Part shown: positions 11,001 to 19,171 of the stretch, piece by piece
Position numbering within the stretch: position 1 is the first letter of the stretch
Layout of the letters: every line of letters starts with the position of its first letter
Assembly (NCBI GenBank): GCA_036834845.1
Contig: DAITNB010000007.1
Coordinates: 28,248 to 92,247, forward strand
DNA length: 64,000 bases
Direction of reading: 5' to 3'
Origin: a bacterium
Lineage (GTDB): Bacteria; Bacteroidota; Ignavibacteria; Kapaibacteriales; Kapaibacteriaceae
Made by a program: the position numbers and the translations under genes
The notes under the pieces: model-generated
What the model was told of the DNA's origin: nothing
Databases searched by the model: none
Seen by the model: the letters and a program-made list of their open reading frames with translations, nothing else

Positions 11001-11441
11001 ACAGATGCCACAGACCTTCGTTCGCCAGATCAGATCTGGGGTCAGATTATGGCCTTAATCGATGCAAACCCCGTACTCAAGTCATACCAAGGACAGATCC
11101 TGCCACGTAACGTAATGCGCGAACCGTGGATTAACCAGTTAGACCTTCGAATTCAGCAACAGTTTCCAACCTTCGGCACGCAGAGTGTGCAGTTTACTCT
11201 CGATGTTCAAAATGTGCTAAACCTGCTGAACCCAGACTGGGGCTTGCAACGGTACGTTGATTTCCAGAGCACGAATCTTTTTGGTTTAGTTCTCGACAAC
11301 AACGGCAAGCCATTCGATGCACAGGGTAGACTGCGGATGACGTACACAGAACCGATAACGAATGGTCAACCCGGAATCTATGTTACGGACAACTTTTATT
11401 CACGGTGGCGCATGCAGCTTGGCATGCGCTATACGTTCTGA
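8100..11441 (+). CDS. Oar-like TonB-dependent receptor with N-terminal carboxypeptidase-regulatory-like domain
   Basis: Signal peptide, then a CarboxypepD_reg-like segment (GSVTGEV...GKYLIKGVRPGSYTMIVTFVGYV), a plug, RGGTNEFHGSLFFFGRN, a beta-barrel over 800 aa and a terminal ...LGMRYTF. Confidence 0.9.
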   Translation: MRTQLALLCVLLWCISAGHLRSQGVTTGSVTGEVRGVDAPTGVTGSSAKTVPLVGSTVKIVSTETGSVYGAIVKSGGKYLIKGVRPGSYTMIVTFVGYVPDTIRGVLIDVGESTTRNVTLRSTSSTGAEVVVVASRDNIFDAGKTGSGSVITEQAISAAPTINRSISDIARINPYTNQTQTAGSDGLQGLSIMGVNSRFNNFQIDGAVANDVFALGAAGTAGSQANANFLSLDAIERLRVNVSPYDVRQSGFTGGLVNAITRGGTNEFHGSLFFFGRNQELVGLSPDAARRPFESFHDYQFGGRIGGPIVKNKLLFHVTGEARLRSTPLEVALNDPTALNNFPVDAATLNRIINITNSRYGYDAGTYGVTNLTNNSLNLIARLDYNADESNKLQLRHNFTYGLQDRNLLRNNLNYSLTSRMNTFESISNQTVFQWNGILAKDLSNELRVSFTQTNDQRILPSDGTGNTIPFPEVRVQVGSGLNVILGPERSSQANALDQTLIALTDDLTWFLGDHTLTVGTHNEFARFNNLFIQDYYGSYQFPNVDAYESGWSNFYRVSYANTTETGGNPQPRAAWNMMQLGLYVQDEWTVSDEFRVTAGVRADVPVFLTTPYENPAFAASFPGRSTSTVPSGSVLLSPRVGFNYDISGDRTWQIRGGTGVFTGRVAAVWLSNQYSNTGMDLLRAELGSNNSPNPISSGGQPIEWDLRIPPPRPGDPGYPGAPINTAAINITDNGFRMPQVWRSTLGTDVQLMKGVVLTVEGMYGMFINQVDYANLNLRRSGMRYIVGTDTLVGVSPVDGRPLYASSLQDSLVDRSFTQVILLRNRTAGFQYSGSAQLKIDETNTIVPNISMLLSYTFGRTQDLNSSTSATALSQWTNTDVIDPNNATVGNSNFDMLHRISASGSYRVHWTKDVWTSFGLFYSGNSGRPYSISYAQDYNGDGAAGGNDLVYIPRQEDYNTKVVIPKPTDATDLRSPDQIWGQIMALIDANPVLKSYQGQILPRNVMREPWINQLDLRIQQQFPTFGTQSVQFTLDVQNVLNLLNPDWGLQRYVDFQSTNLFGLVLDNNGKPFDAQGRLRMTYTEPITNGQPGIYVTDNFYSRWRMQLGMRYTF

Positions 11442-12134
11442 GTGATGGCAATGATATACCTCCGCTGGTTATTCGCTCTTGCACTTGTTGCGGCATGTAC
11501 ATCTTGCTCTGACGGGGTAATTGTGTTTCCTACACCCGAGAGCGCCTTCGTTCGCATAATCAACACTTCGCGGAATCTTGCACCAAGCCGCATAACCATT
11601 GATAGCTCAACCATAATCGACACAGAACGTGGACTCTTCTCCACGTATACTCCGGCCGCCGCCGGAAGACCCATACAGTTCGATATTGGATCTACCACAA
11701 AGGACTATCGCACCGGCCTACGCTACACTCTTGGTGGCGGTGCGCGAATCATCCTGTTCGTGCGCGGAGATACAAGTAGCACAGTAGAATTCCGAAGAGA
11801 GATTCAAGACACTGTTCTACCGTCCAACGCATCAGAGTCTGTTATACGATTCACCCACATGGCTGAATTCACAGACAAGGCCTATTTTGTGGAGGTATGG
11901 ACAAGCGCAGGCACAAAACTCTTTCCGGAAGAATACGAGCCAGGAATCAGTTCACGGTTTTATGCCCGTATTGCCCCGGGCACATACTCCTTTGAACTTC
12001 GCGAGGCAGGCACCACAACAGTAGTTGCCACACTGCAGAATGTGGTTGTAGTGCCCGGCAGGTCCTACATGCTGTACTCATACGACTCCAAGCCCCCTAT
12101 CCCCGATCAAGTTGCCCTTCAGCTTGCCTACTAA
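11442..12134 (+). CDS. lipoprotein, DUF4397-like
   Basis: Lipobox LVAAC after a hydrophobic leader. Two repeats of an all-beta module (FVRIINTS..., VIRFTHMA...). It starts directly after the receptor stop (TGA-GTG-ATG). Confidence 0.6.
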   Translation: MMAMIYLRWLFALALVAACTSCSDGVIVFPTPESAFVRIINTSRNLAPSRITIDSSTIIDTERGLFSTYTPAAAGRPIQFDIGSTTKDYRTGLRYTLGGGARIILFVRGDTSSTVEFRREIQDTVLPSNASESVIRFTHMAEFTDKAYFVEVWTSAGTKLFPEEYEPGISSRFYARIAPGTYSFELREAGTTTVVATLQNVVVVPGRSYMLYSYDSKPPIPDQVALQLAY

Positions 12135-12160
12135 CGAACTTTAACCCAACAGTTATCCCT

Positions 12161-13942
12161 ATGAAACACGTTTGCACTCTCCTCCTTTCAATTCTTGCTT
12201 GCGCAACATCGCTTGTTGCGCAAGCACCAATATCCATTGCCGATGCTAAGCGGCAGGACCTCGGCACCACGGTTACGAAGATTGCCGGACGCATAACTTC
12301 GGGTCCACAGTTGTCGAACGTGTGCTACATGCAGGATGCAACTGGCGGTATTGCCGTGTTTAATGAGAACATGCGTACCGGCGTGCGCATTGGAGATTCT
12401 GTTGTAGTTGAGAATGGCACCCTTACTGAGTTTGGCGGAACAACGGGCTCTCCTGGAACAGGCCTTACTCAGCTTGGAGGCAATGGACTGCGTTTTACTG
12501 TTGTGCCTGTGGAGCGTGTGGAGCCATCACCGAGAAACATCTCAATTCCCCTGTTAGGCGAGGGAGTAGAAGCGCAGCTTGTCCGTATTCGCAGAGTACG
12601 ATTTGTCGAGTCTGGCCGATTCCAAGGCAACACAAGTTATAACGCCCTCGACAACTCCGGAAATGATGTTGTAGTGCGTATCGATCGTAGCTGCGAAATT
12701 GGTGTGAACAGACTGGAAATCCCAACCGGCGAGGTAGACGTGATCGGTGTAATCAGTCAGTTCCGTGGCACGTACCAGATTCTTCCGCGTCTTGCAACCG
12801 ATATTGGTCTGCCCCCGGTAACGGTAGACACCGTTAGCCGCGATCGTACTCTCGACCTTTCAACGTGGAATCTCGAATGGTTTGGCACTTCCGACACGAC
12901 ACGTGGACCTCGCAACAAAGACCTACAGCGTACCAGAGTGCGCATCGTTCTCGATTCCACCCGTAGCGACATTTACGCCTTACAGGAGATTGTTACGGAG
13001 GAGGCGGTAAAGGGGCTTGCAGACTCTATGGCGGGTTCATACGGATACTTTTTCGCTTCCGACATCACCTCCGATCAAAAGCTTGCATATCTCTACAACA
13101 AGAATGTAGTAACACCTATCTCCACTGGCTTAGCTGTGAACGGCGGAGCTCAGGCGTGGGCTAACGGACGTTTCCCGTATAGGATGACATTCGACGCGAA
13201 CATCGGTGGCAAAACCCGGCGCTTTGTTGTTTTCGATCTCCACGCTAAGGCCACAGACTCTGCTACTGCACTCGTGGATTACAACCGCCGTAGAACGGAT
13301 GCCGAAACCTTCCACATGTATCTTCGGGATTTCTATTCTGACAGCTCCGTGATTGTGATGGGCGATTTTAACGACAGATTGCTCGCGACAAATGTTAGTG
13401 ACACATTGCCCTCCTGCTACGAGATATTCACGAACGATACAGAAACATGGCTTGCGGCCACGGCACCGCTCGAGGCCGATGGATTGTCATCATACGTTGG
13501 CTTCAACCGGTCCATGCTCGACCACATACTGCTGCAGAAGCAGCTCTTTGGCGCTCACTACAGAACCTATCTCGAAGCACCAGAGCGCTATTTGTCATCG
13601 TACTCCTCTACTGTTTCCGATCACGTGCCAGTAACGAGCAGACTTTACGTAGACGCGGCAACGAGTGTAAACGAAGAGCACTCAGCACCTGTGGTTGCTC
13701 GTGTGCAGCCCAACCCAATGTCTGACCATGGCATGGTAGAGGTGTTTGCCGAACAAGGCGGCCAGCTTCGAGTAGACGTTGTTTCGTCGAACGGCGTGGC
13801 TCGCCGAGTGGTAGACGAAACAGTTGCCCCCTCCATCCGCCTTATTCAGCTCCCTATCAGCGAGTTGTCAAGCGGTGCCTATCGCGTGGTGGTTACGGTG
13901 AACAACGCCGTGAGCACCTATGGTGTATCCGTGCTGCGCTAA
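12161..13942 (+). CDS. extracellular endonuclease/exonuclease/phosphatase-family nuclease (ExeM/NucH-like) with T9SS C-terminal domain
   Basis: Signal peptide; OB-like head (ISIADAK...GRITS...YMQDATGGIAVF); EEP core (DLSTWNLEWFG, GDFND, SDHVPV); C-terminal VQPNPMSD...SGAYRVVVTV...VSVLR sorting domain. Confidence 0.8.
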   Translation: MKHVCTLLLSILACATSLVAQAPISIADAKRQDLGTTVTKIAGRITSGPQLSNVCYMQDATGGIAVFNENMRTGVRIGDSVVVENGTLTEFGGTTGSPGTGLTQLGGNGLRFTVVPVERVEPSPRNISIPLLGEGVEAQLVRIRRVRFVESGRFQGNTSYNALDNSGNDVVVRIDRSCEIGVNRLEIPTGEVDVIGVISQFRGTYQILPRLATDIGLPPVTVDTVSRDRTLDLSTWNLEWFGTSDTTRGPRNKDLQRTRVRIVLDSTRSDIYALQEIVTEEAVKGLADSMAGSYGYFFASDITSDQKLAYLYNKNVVTPISTGLAVNGGAQAWANGRFPYRMTFDANIGGKTRRFVVFDLHAKATDSATALVDYNRRRTDAETFHMYLRDFYSDSSVIVMGDFNDRLLATNVSDTLPSCYEIFTNDTETWLAATAPLEADGLSSYVGFNRSMLDHILLQKQLFGAHYRTYLEAPERYLSSYSSTVSDHVPVTSRLYVDAATSVNEEHSAPVVARVQPNPMSDHGMVEVFAEQGGQLRVDVVSSNGVARRVVDETVAPSIRLIQLPISELSSGAYRVVVTVNNAVSTYGVSVLR

Positions 13943-14055
13943 GACCGGATGTAACGTTTTCGCCACGTTGTTGTCGTTATGCGGGGCGCATGGGTGTACT
14001 GTGCGCTGTGGGTTGAACCTTGTGTACGATACGTTCCACTAACCTAGCGCATTTC

Positions 14056-16839
14056 ATGAAACAGCTTACCCTGCTTGCCGCCGCCATAATGGCAACCTGT
14101 GGCCTCGCTTCTGCCCAAATCGAAACAGGCAGGACCAGTGTTACCGGTGGTCGGAGTTTCGTTGTCGCATTCCCTCAGGTAATGCCCGAATCGGCAGAGA
14201 AACCGCTGCCGAACCCAATGCGCATCTTGATTGCAGCGAAGGACTCCGCAGAGGTGCGCATTCACAGTATCGGAAGTGTAACACCGCCATTCGATGAGAC
14301 AATAGTTGTTCTTGGCGGAACCGTTGCAAGTGTGAACGTGCCGGTTCCATTCATGAGCAGCGCCTCGGAAGTTATTGAAGGGCTTGGCATTTCTGTTACC
14401 TCCACCACTCCGATTACAGTTTCCACAATGATGGCGTGGGCGGGCAATGGAGAAGAAACAAATCACTGGCCTGTTGCCGCATGGGATACAGCACACTACG
14501 TTGTGTCGTCGTTTCAAGACTCGTATGGCAACCTGGTGAACGAGAAGCTGCGTCCGGGCCAGATTCTCATAATTGCCGCGCACAACAACACATCGGTTTC
14601 CTATACACCCACGGTAGACACCGAGGGTGGAAAGGACGCGCCACGCACCGCGCGAGGTGAAACGCGCACTATTGTGCTCAATCGCGGCGAGACGTTTCTT
14701 ATCCGTGCCAAAACCGACAAACTCATAAATAAAGAGCAAATCTCGGATCTCACGGGAACATTCATCCGTTCTTCCATGCCCGTCGCTGTGGTGTCGGGTC
14801 ACACGAAGGGGGCAATCATGCGAATGCCTCCAACATTGCCCCCTACAAGTCCCTTTGAATCGCCCGCACACTTTGTTCGCAATAACATGCACGAGGTAGT
14901 TACTCCCAACTCCTATGCTGGAACAGAGTTCGTAACGGTACCCATGCAATACACTCCAACGCGGGTTACGGGATTGCAGGTACTCGAATTCGGAGTGGAC
15001 GATGACCGAGGCGATGTGATAAAGATTATTGCAATGTCAGACAATACGGTTGTTGAGAGTAGGACGGCATCTCAGCCATTCTTTCGCAAGGTAGCCACGC
15101 TCAACAGAGGCGAACATTACAACAATTCGGTGGTAACAGTACCCACAGAGTGGAGAACATCTTCGCCGGCATTGTGTTATCAGTTTGGCAAGTCGTATGC
15201 GAAACTCGTTCCTGGTCTGCGTGTAACAGAAAAGCCAGACGAAACGCCAAACGGCCACCCAACGATAGAAGCCGGAATGCCCTGTTTGCAATCGGTACCA
15301 TCGGTTGATCGATGGGTTAATCACTCCATTTTCAGTCTAGCCGCGGGACTCGACAATTTTCTACGAATAGTTGTAGACTCTTCAACGCTACAAACGTTAG
15401 TCTTGGATTCCCGTTTGGTTAAGGACGTGCATGGTAACCTTGTAAAGCCGTTCGCCGGATCGAAGTATGTTACAATCTCCACGCCAATACGCGAAGGAAC
15501 CCACACGTTGTATAGTACCGATCCTAACGGTAGATTTTGTGCATCGGTCAATGGATCTCTCGACGGCATCAATCAGGGGCGCGCATACGCCCGAGTTACT
15601 GGCATGGATTTAACGTCGGCCTGCGCCGACACGTTACGTGGCGCATTTCTCATAGGATGTGGTGCCGCCGAGGGCGAGTTTACGCTCGAAGGAGCACCCT
15701 GCGGACGGCTAACATCGGTCAACGTTCTGTCGTCAACGAACGCGTATGTGAATGTGAGCGATTGGAACGCACTTACCAGCCGACGCGTGCCATACACCGT
15801 TACTTCGATAGACAATACAAGACCGTCATCTGCCGTTATCGAAGCGCATACGTTGTCCGGATGGTTCGTTCGCGCCACTATCAACATAAAGGCAGATCCA
15901 ACACCATATGCAAACACCGCATTGCTAGATTTTGGTGCCCTTAGCAATACGGACCCCTTTGTGGAATCCGTAACGGTGTATAATGCCAGCGAGGATACCA
16001 TATTCTTTCGTCCCCGCATTATCAATGAGCATCCCAACACGGAGCTTGAAGACGCGTCCGAAATAGAATTGCCTCCCTCGGGAATTACCACAATTGGAAT
16101 TGTGGCCTTGGGTAGAAGGGCCGGACTCTTCAGCGACACCCTTGTGGGCGTTAACCGGTGTGGCGAAGAGTTCTTCTTGACGGAACTGCGGTCTACATTT
16201 TCTACATCAATGGTTGCCATCGATAACCTGAATTTCGATACAACCTTCGGCGAGGTAGTAGAGCGTGTTTCAACTCTTCGCAACTCCGGCACAGAGGGCG
16301 TGCAAATCGTTGGGTACACAAGAAGCGTGATACTCGGTGATGCCAGTGCATTTACTCTCGAGATGCCCAAAGACACACCGATAAGCACCATAACGTGGCC
16401 TATTGCACTTCCATCCGGGGCGATGTTGCCCGTGCATGTGCGTTTCGATCCAAGCGGACAACATGGACAATTTAGGCAGATACATCACTTTGCATTGTCT
16501 ACACTTGATACCGTGCACATGTTGGTTGAGGCCTTTGTAGACCAAGGTATGAGCGCGCAGGAAGAAACGGGTATTCGGTATGGCACAACTGTACGTCTCC
16601 ACCCTCTGCCAGCAACACCCATGTCTACCATCACCATGAGTGGACTGGAGCCCGGCACTGCCCAGCTTTCACTATTCGATATTCACGGCACCCTAGTGGC
16701 ACGGGAAAACCTAACCGTGGAGGCCGATGTTGTTTTCGTTCGTGCGCAACTCGTAAACAATGTTGCCTCAGGAAGCTACATACTGCGCCTTGTTCAGAAC
16801 AACAGAAGCGCAACGGCATCTATCCAGGTTGTTCGATAA
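14056..16839 (+). CDS. giant secreted protein, paralogue A: IgGFc-binding-N-like module + Ig-like repeats + T9SS CTD
   Basis: Signal peptide MKQLTLLAAAIMATCGLASAQ. The N-module aligns with the proteins at 28681-33183 and 36519-40505. Choice-of-anchor-D-like repeats are present (LRNSGTEGVQIVGY). The C-terminus ends in ...SGSYILRLVQ...IQVVR. Confidence 0.85.
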   Translation: MKQLTLLAAAIMATCGLASAQIETGRTSVTGGRSFVVAFPQVMPESAEKPLPNPMRILIAAKDSAEVRIHSIGSVTPPFDETIVVLGGTVASVNVPVPFMSSASEVIEGLGISVTSTTPITVSTMMAWAGNGEETNHWPVAAWDTAHYVVSSFQDSYGNLVNEKLRPGQILIIAAHNNTSVSYTPTVDTEGGKDAPRTARGETRTIVLNRGETFLIRAKTDKLINKEQISDLTGTFIRSSMPVAVVSGHTKGAIMRMPPTLPPTSPFESPAHFVRNNMHEVVTPNSYAGTEFVTVPMQYTPTRVTGLQVLEFGVDDDRGDVIKIIAMSDNTVVESRTASQPFFRKVATLNRGEHYNNSVVTVPTEWRTSSPALCYQFGKSYAKLVPGLRVTEKPDETPNGHPTIEAGMPCLQSVPSVDRWVNHSIFSLAAGLDNFLRIVVDSSTLQTLVLDSRLVKDVHGNLVKPFAGSKYVTISTPIREGTHTLYSTDPNGRFCASVNGSLDGINQGRAYARVTGMDLTSACADTLRGAFLIGCGAAEGEFTLEGAPCGRLTSVNVLSSTNAYVNVSDWNALTSRRVPYTVTSIDNTRPSSAVIEAHTLSGWFVRATINIKADPTPYANTALLDFGALSNTDPFVESVTVYNASEDTIFFRPRIINEHPNTELEDASEIELPPSGITTIGIVALGRRAGLFSDTLVGVNRCGEEFFLTELRSTFSTSMVAIDNLNFDTTFGEVVERVSTLRNSGTEGVQIVGYTRSVILGDASAFTLEMPKDTPISTITWPIALPSGAMLPVHVRFDPSGQHGQFRQIHHFALSTLDTVHMLVEAFVDQGMSAQEETGIRYGTTVRLHPLPATPMSTITMSGLEPGTAQLSLFDIHGTLVARENLTVEADVVFVRAQLVNNVASGSYILRLVQNNRSATASIQVVR

Positions 16840-16856
16840 CTGCGGAACAACAGTGT

Positions 16857-17531
16857 CTATCTGCATACCACATTGCTGAGCAGTGCGATTGCGGCCGTCT
16901 CTGCACGCAGGCGGTTTTGTCCAATTGCCCACCGATGTGCCTGTAAAGTGTTGTGGAGATAACTCTTCTCCTCAGGGGTTAAGTCGCCCTCGGGGCCAAC
17001 CACTACCAGAATACTCTCCGTACCATGTTGCAGGGCGGCCGGGATATCTCCTGTATCATCACCAACGATAACCACGTTGGCGCGAGGAAGGTCTTCCACA
17101 CCAACTGCCGGCGCGATCTCCGGAAGCCAGGCCACGCCACACTGCGTAATGGCAGCCACGGCTTTAGCCACGAGTCGGTCTGCGTGCACTCTGTGGTGCT
17201 GGCTTCGTTTTGCCAGAAGGGGCACAAATCGCGTAATGCCCAGCTCCGTTGCCTTCTCGAGGGCAAACTCAAACCGATCTCTGCTGTCGAGAACAGACAT
17301 AGCAAGCGTAAGCATGCGCGGACGAGGAGTGCTGCTATGTTCTTGAGCGGTAAGCCACACGGTCTGTTTATCGCGTCCCACCGTGCACACAGTGCAAAGC
17401 CCCCTACCATTGAGGGCACGTATCTGCTCGCCATGGCGCAAACGCAGCGCCGACAGGTGCCGTTGCACATCCGGCGTAAGCTCGATCCGCGTATCGCCCG
17501 GTTGAAGGTATGGGATGTAAATGTTATCCAT
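16857..17531 (-). CDS. rsmE: 16S rRNA (uracil1498-N3)-methyltransferase
   Basis: HLSALRLRHGEQIRALNGRG, ALEKATELGITRFVPL, VVGPEGDLTPEE and LGQNRLRAETAAI motifs. Confidence 0.9.
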   Translation of the reverse strand: MDNIYIPYLQPGDTRIELTPDVQRHLSALRLRHGEQIRALNGRGLCTVCTVGRDKQTVWLTAQEHSSTPRPRMLTLAMSVLDSRDRFEFALEKATELGITRFVPLLAKRSQHHRVHADRLVAKAVAAITQCGVAWLPEIAPAVGVEDLPRANVVIVGDDTGDIPAALQHGTESILVVVGPEGDLTPEEKSYLHNTLQAHRWAIGQNRLRAETAAIALLSNVVCR

Positions 17532-17588
17532 GATGCGTTGCGAACATGCGTATTTTTGGGCTGTTTCTCACACTCACCAGCATTCTTC

Positions 17589-18371
17589 ATGACAGCAGAT
17601 TATACCTGCATCGAAACTTACACACCTGTTGCGGGCGTTGGTGCAATTAAGCTCAACCGTCCCACTGTGCTTAATGCGCTAAGCTTGCAAACAATGATTG
17701 AACTTGTTCGCGCCTTTGAAGAATTCGATGCCGACCCGAATGTGCGATGTATCGTTATTCACGGCAGCACCAAGGCGTTTGCGGCTGGCGCAGACATCAC
17801 GGAAATGTCCGACGCGTCTGCTGTTACCATGCTCGAGCGCGACCAGTTTGCGCGATGGGAACGCATTCGCACCGTTAAAACCCCGGTTATTGCCGCGGTA
17901 AGTGGGTATGCCCTAGGTGGTGGTTGCGAACTGGCGATGCTGGCAGATATGATTGTTGCTTCCGATACCGCTCAGTTTGGTCAGCCGGAAATAAATATTG
18001 GCGTAATGCCGGGAGCCGGAGGAACGCAGCGCATGACACGCGCCGTTGGCAAAGCTCTGGCCATGGAAGTTGTACTTACAGGACGCGCAATTACGGCCGA
18101 GCAAGCGCTGCAAGCCGGACTTGTTAACCGCGTTGTACCGGTTGCCTATTATCTCGACGAGGCCTTTGCGCTTGCCTCGGAGGTTGCCTCGAAGGCCCCC
18201 ATTGCCGCACGGTTAGCAAAGGAGTCGGTTCTTAAAGCATTCTCTACCACACTCGAAGGTGGATTAGAGTTCGAAAGGAAGAACTTTTACCTGTTATTCG
18301 CTACAGAAGATCAACGCGAGGGCATGCAGGCCTTTAGCGAAAAACGCAAACCTGAATGGAAAGGACGCTAA
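17589..18371 (+). CDS. enoyl-CoA hydratase (crotonase family)
   Basis: IKLNRPTVLNAL, AFAAGADI, ALGGGCELAMLADMIVAS, QPEINIGVMPGAGGTQR. The N-terminal part of the 448-aa ORF is antisense to rsmE and was discarded. Confidence 0.9.
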   Translation: MTADYTCIETYTPVAGVGAIKLNRPTVLNALSLQTMIELVRAFEEFDADPNVRCIVIHGSTKAFAAGADITEMSDASAVTMLERDQFARWERIRTVKTPVIAAVSGYALGGGCELAMLADMIVASDTAQFGQPEINIGVMPGAGGTQRMTRAVGKALAMEVVLTGRAITAEQALQAGLVNRVVPVAYYLDEAFALASEVASKAPIAARLAKESVLKAFSTTLEGGLEFERKNFYLLFATEDQREGMQAFSEKRKPEWKGR

Positions 18372-18376
18372 CCGGC

Positions 18377-19162
18377 ATGACTTTCGAGACCATACTTTAT
18401 ACCGTTGCGAATGGTGTTGGCACCATTACACTGAACAGACCTGAATCGTTCAACGCAGCCAACGAGCAACTTACTACCGAACTTCAAGCCGCACTGGCAG
18501 ACGCCGCGTCGAACGAAGATGTGCGCGTGTTGGTGCTAACAGGCGCCGGAAAGGCCTTCTGCTCGGGTCAGGACCTGAAAGATGCTCCAAAAACCGGCGA
18601 TAAACGCGACCTACGAGATTCCATTCAACGCAGGTATAACCCCATCATCAGGGCCATGCGGCAAATGCCTAAGCCCATTGTATGTGGTATAAACGGCGTT
18701 GCAGCCGGCGCTGGTCTCTCCCTTGCCTTAGCAGCCGATGTGCGCATTATGAGCTCCTCTGCCCGTTTGGTGGAGGCGTTTATTGGAATTGCCCTCATTC
18801 CAGACTCCGGCGCTACCTGGTTTTACCCACGCATGCTTGGATATGCCAAGGCATTTGAGTTTGCAACACTCAACCAACCCATTGGTGCCGAAAAGGCACT
18901 GGAATTGGGGTTAGTAAACTCCGTTGTTCATCCAAAAGCGTTTGCGGCAGCTCTTGCTGCCACTGCGCAACAGTATGCCACTGGTCCAACACAGACCTAT
19001 GGATTTGTGAAGATGCTTTTGCAAAAGGGTCTCACGTCTACATTAGACGAAATGTTGGATGAAGAAGCAGAGTACCAACAGAAAGCCGGAGATTCTTCAG
19101 ATTATTCCGAAGGCGTTCGTGCGTTTATCGAGAAACGTTCGCCTAACTTTACCGGCCACTAA
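18377..19162 (+). CDS. enoyl-CoA hydratase/isomerase family protein (PaaG-like)
   Basis: ITLNRPESFNA, GAGKAFCSGQDL, INGVAAGAGLSLALAADVRI, and a C-terminal EGVRAFIEKRSPNFTG. Confidence 0.85.
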   Translation: MTFETILYTVANGVGTITLNRPESFNAANEQLTTELQAALADAASNEDVRVLVLTGAGKAFCSGQDLKDAPKTGDKRDLRDSIQRRYNPIIRAMRQMPKPIVCGINGVAAGAGLSLALAADVRIMSSSARLVEAFIGIALIPDSGATWFYPRMLGYAKAFEFATLNQPIGAEKALELGLVNSVVHPKAFAAALAATAQQYATGPTQTYGFVKMLLQKGLTSTLDEMLDEEAEYQQKAGDSSDYSEGVRAFIEKRSPNFTGH

Positions 19163-19171
19163 CCCCTTCCA

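Noticed and set aside
14044-16391. Antisense ORFs of 301 aa (14044-14949) and 272 aa (15573-16391) within giant paralogue A
   Set aside because: The plus-strand frame is validated by homology to paralogue B over hundreds of residues. The antisense translations have no motifs and an atypical composition.
17025-17588. N-terminal extension of the 448-aa plus-strand ORF, and the 195-aa minus ORF 17003-17590
   Set aside because: Both overlap rsmE, which has full-length family motifs in another frame or strand. The crotonase homology begins only at the ATG at 17589.
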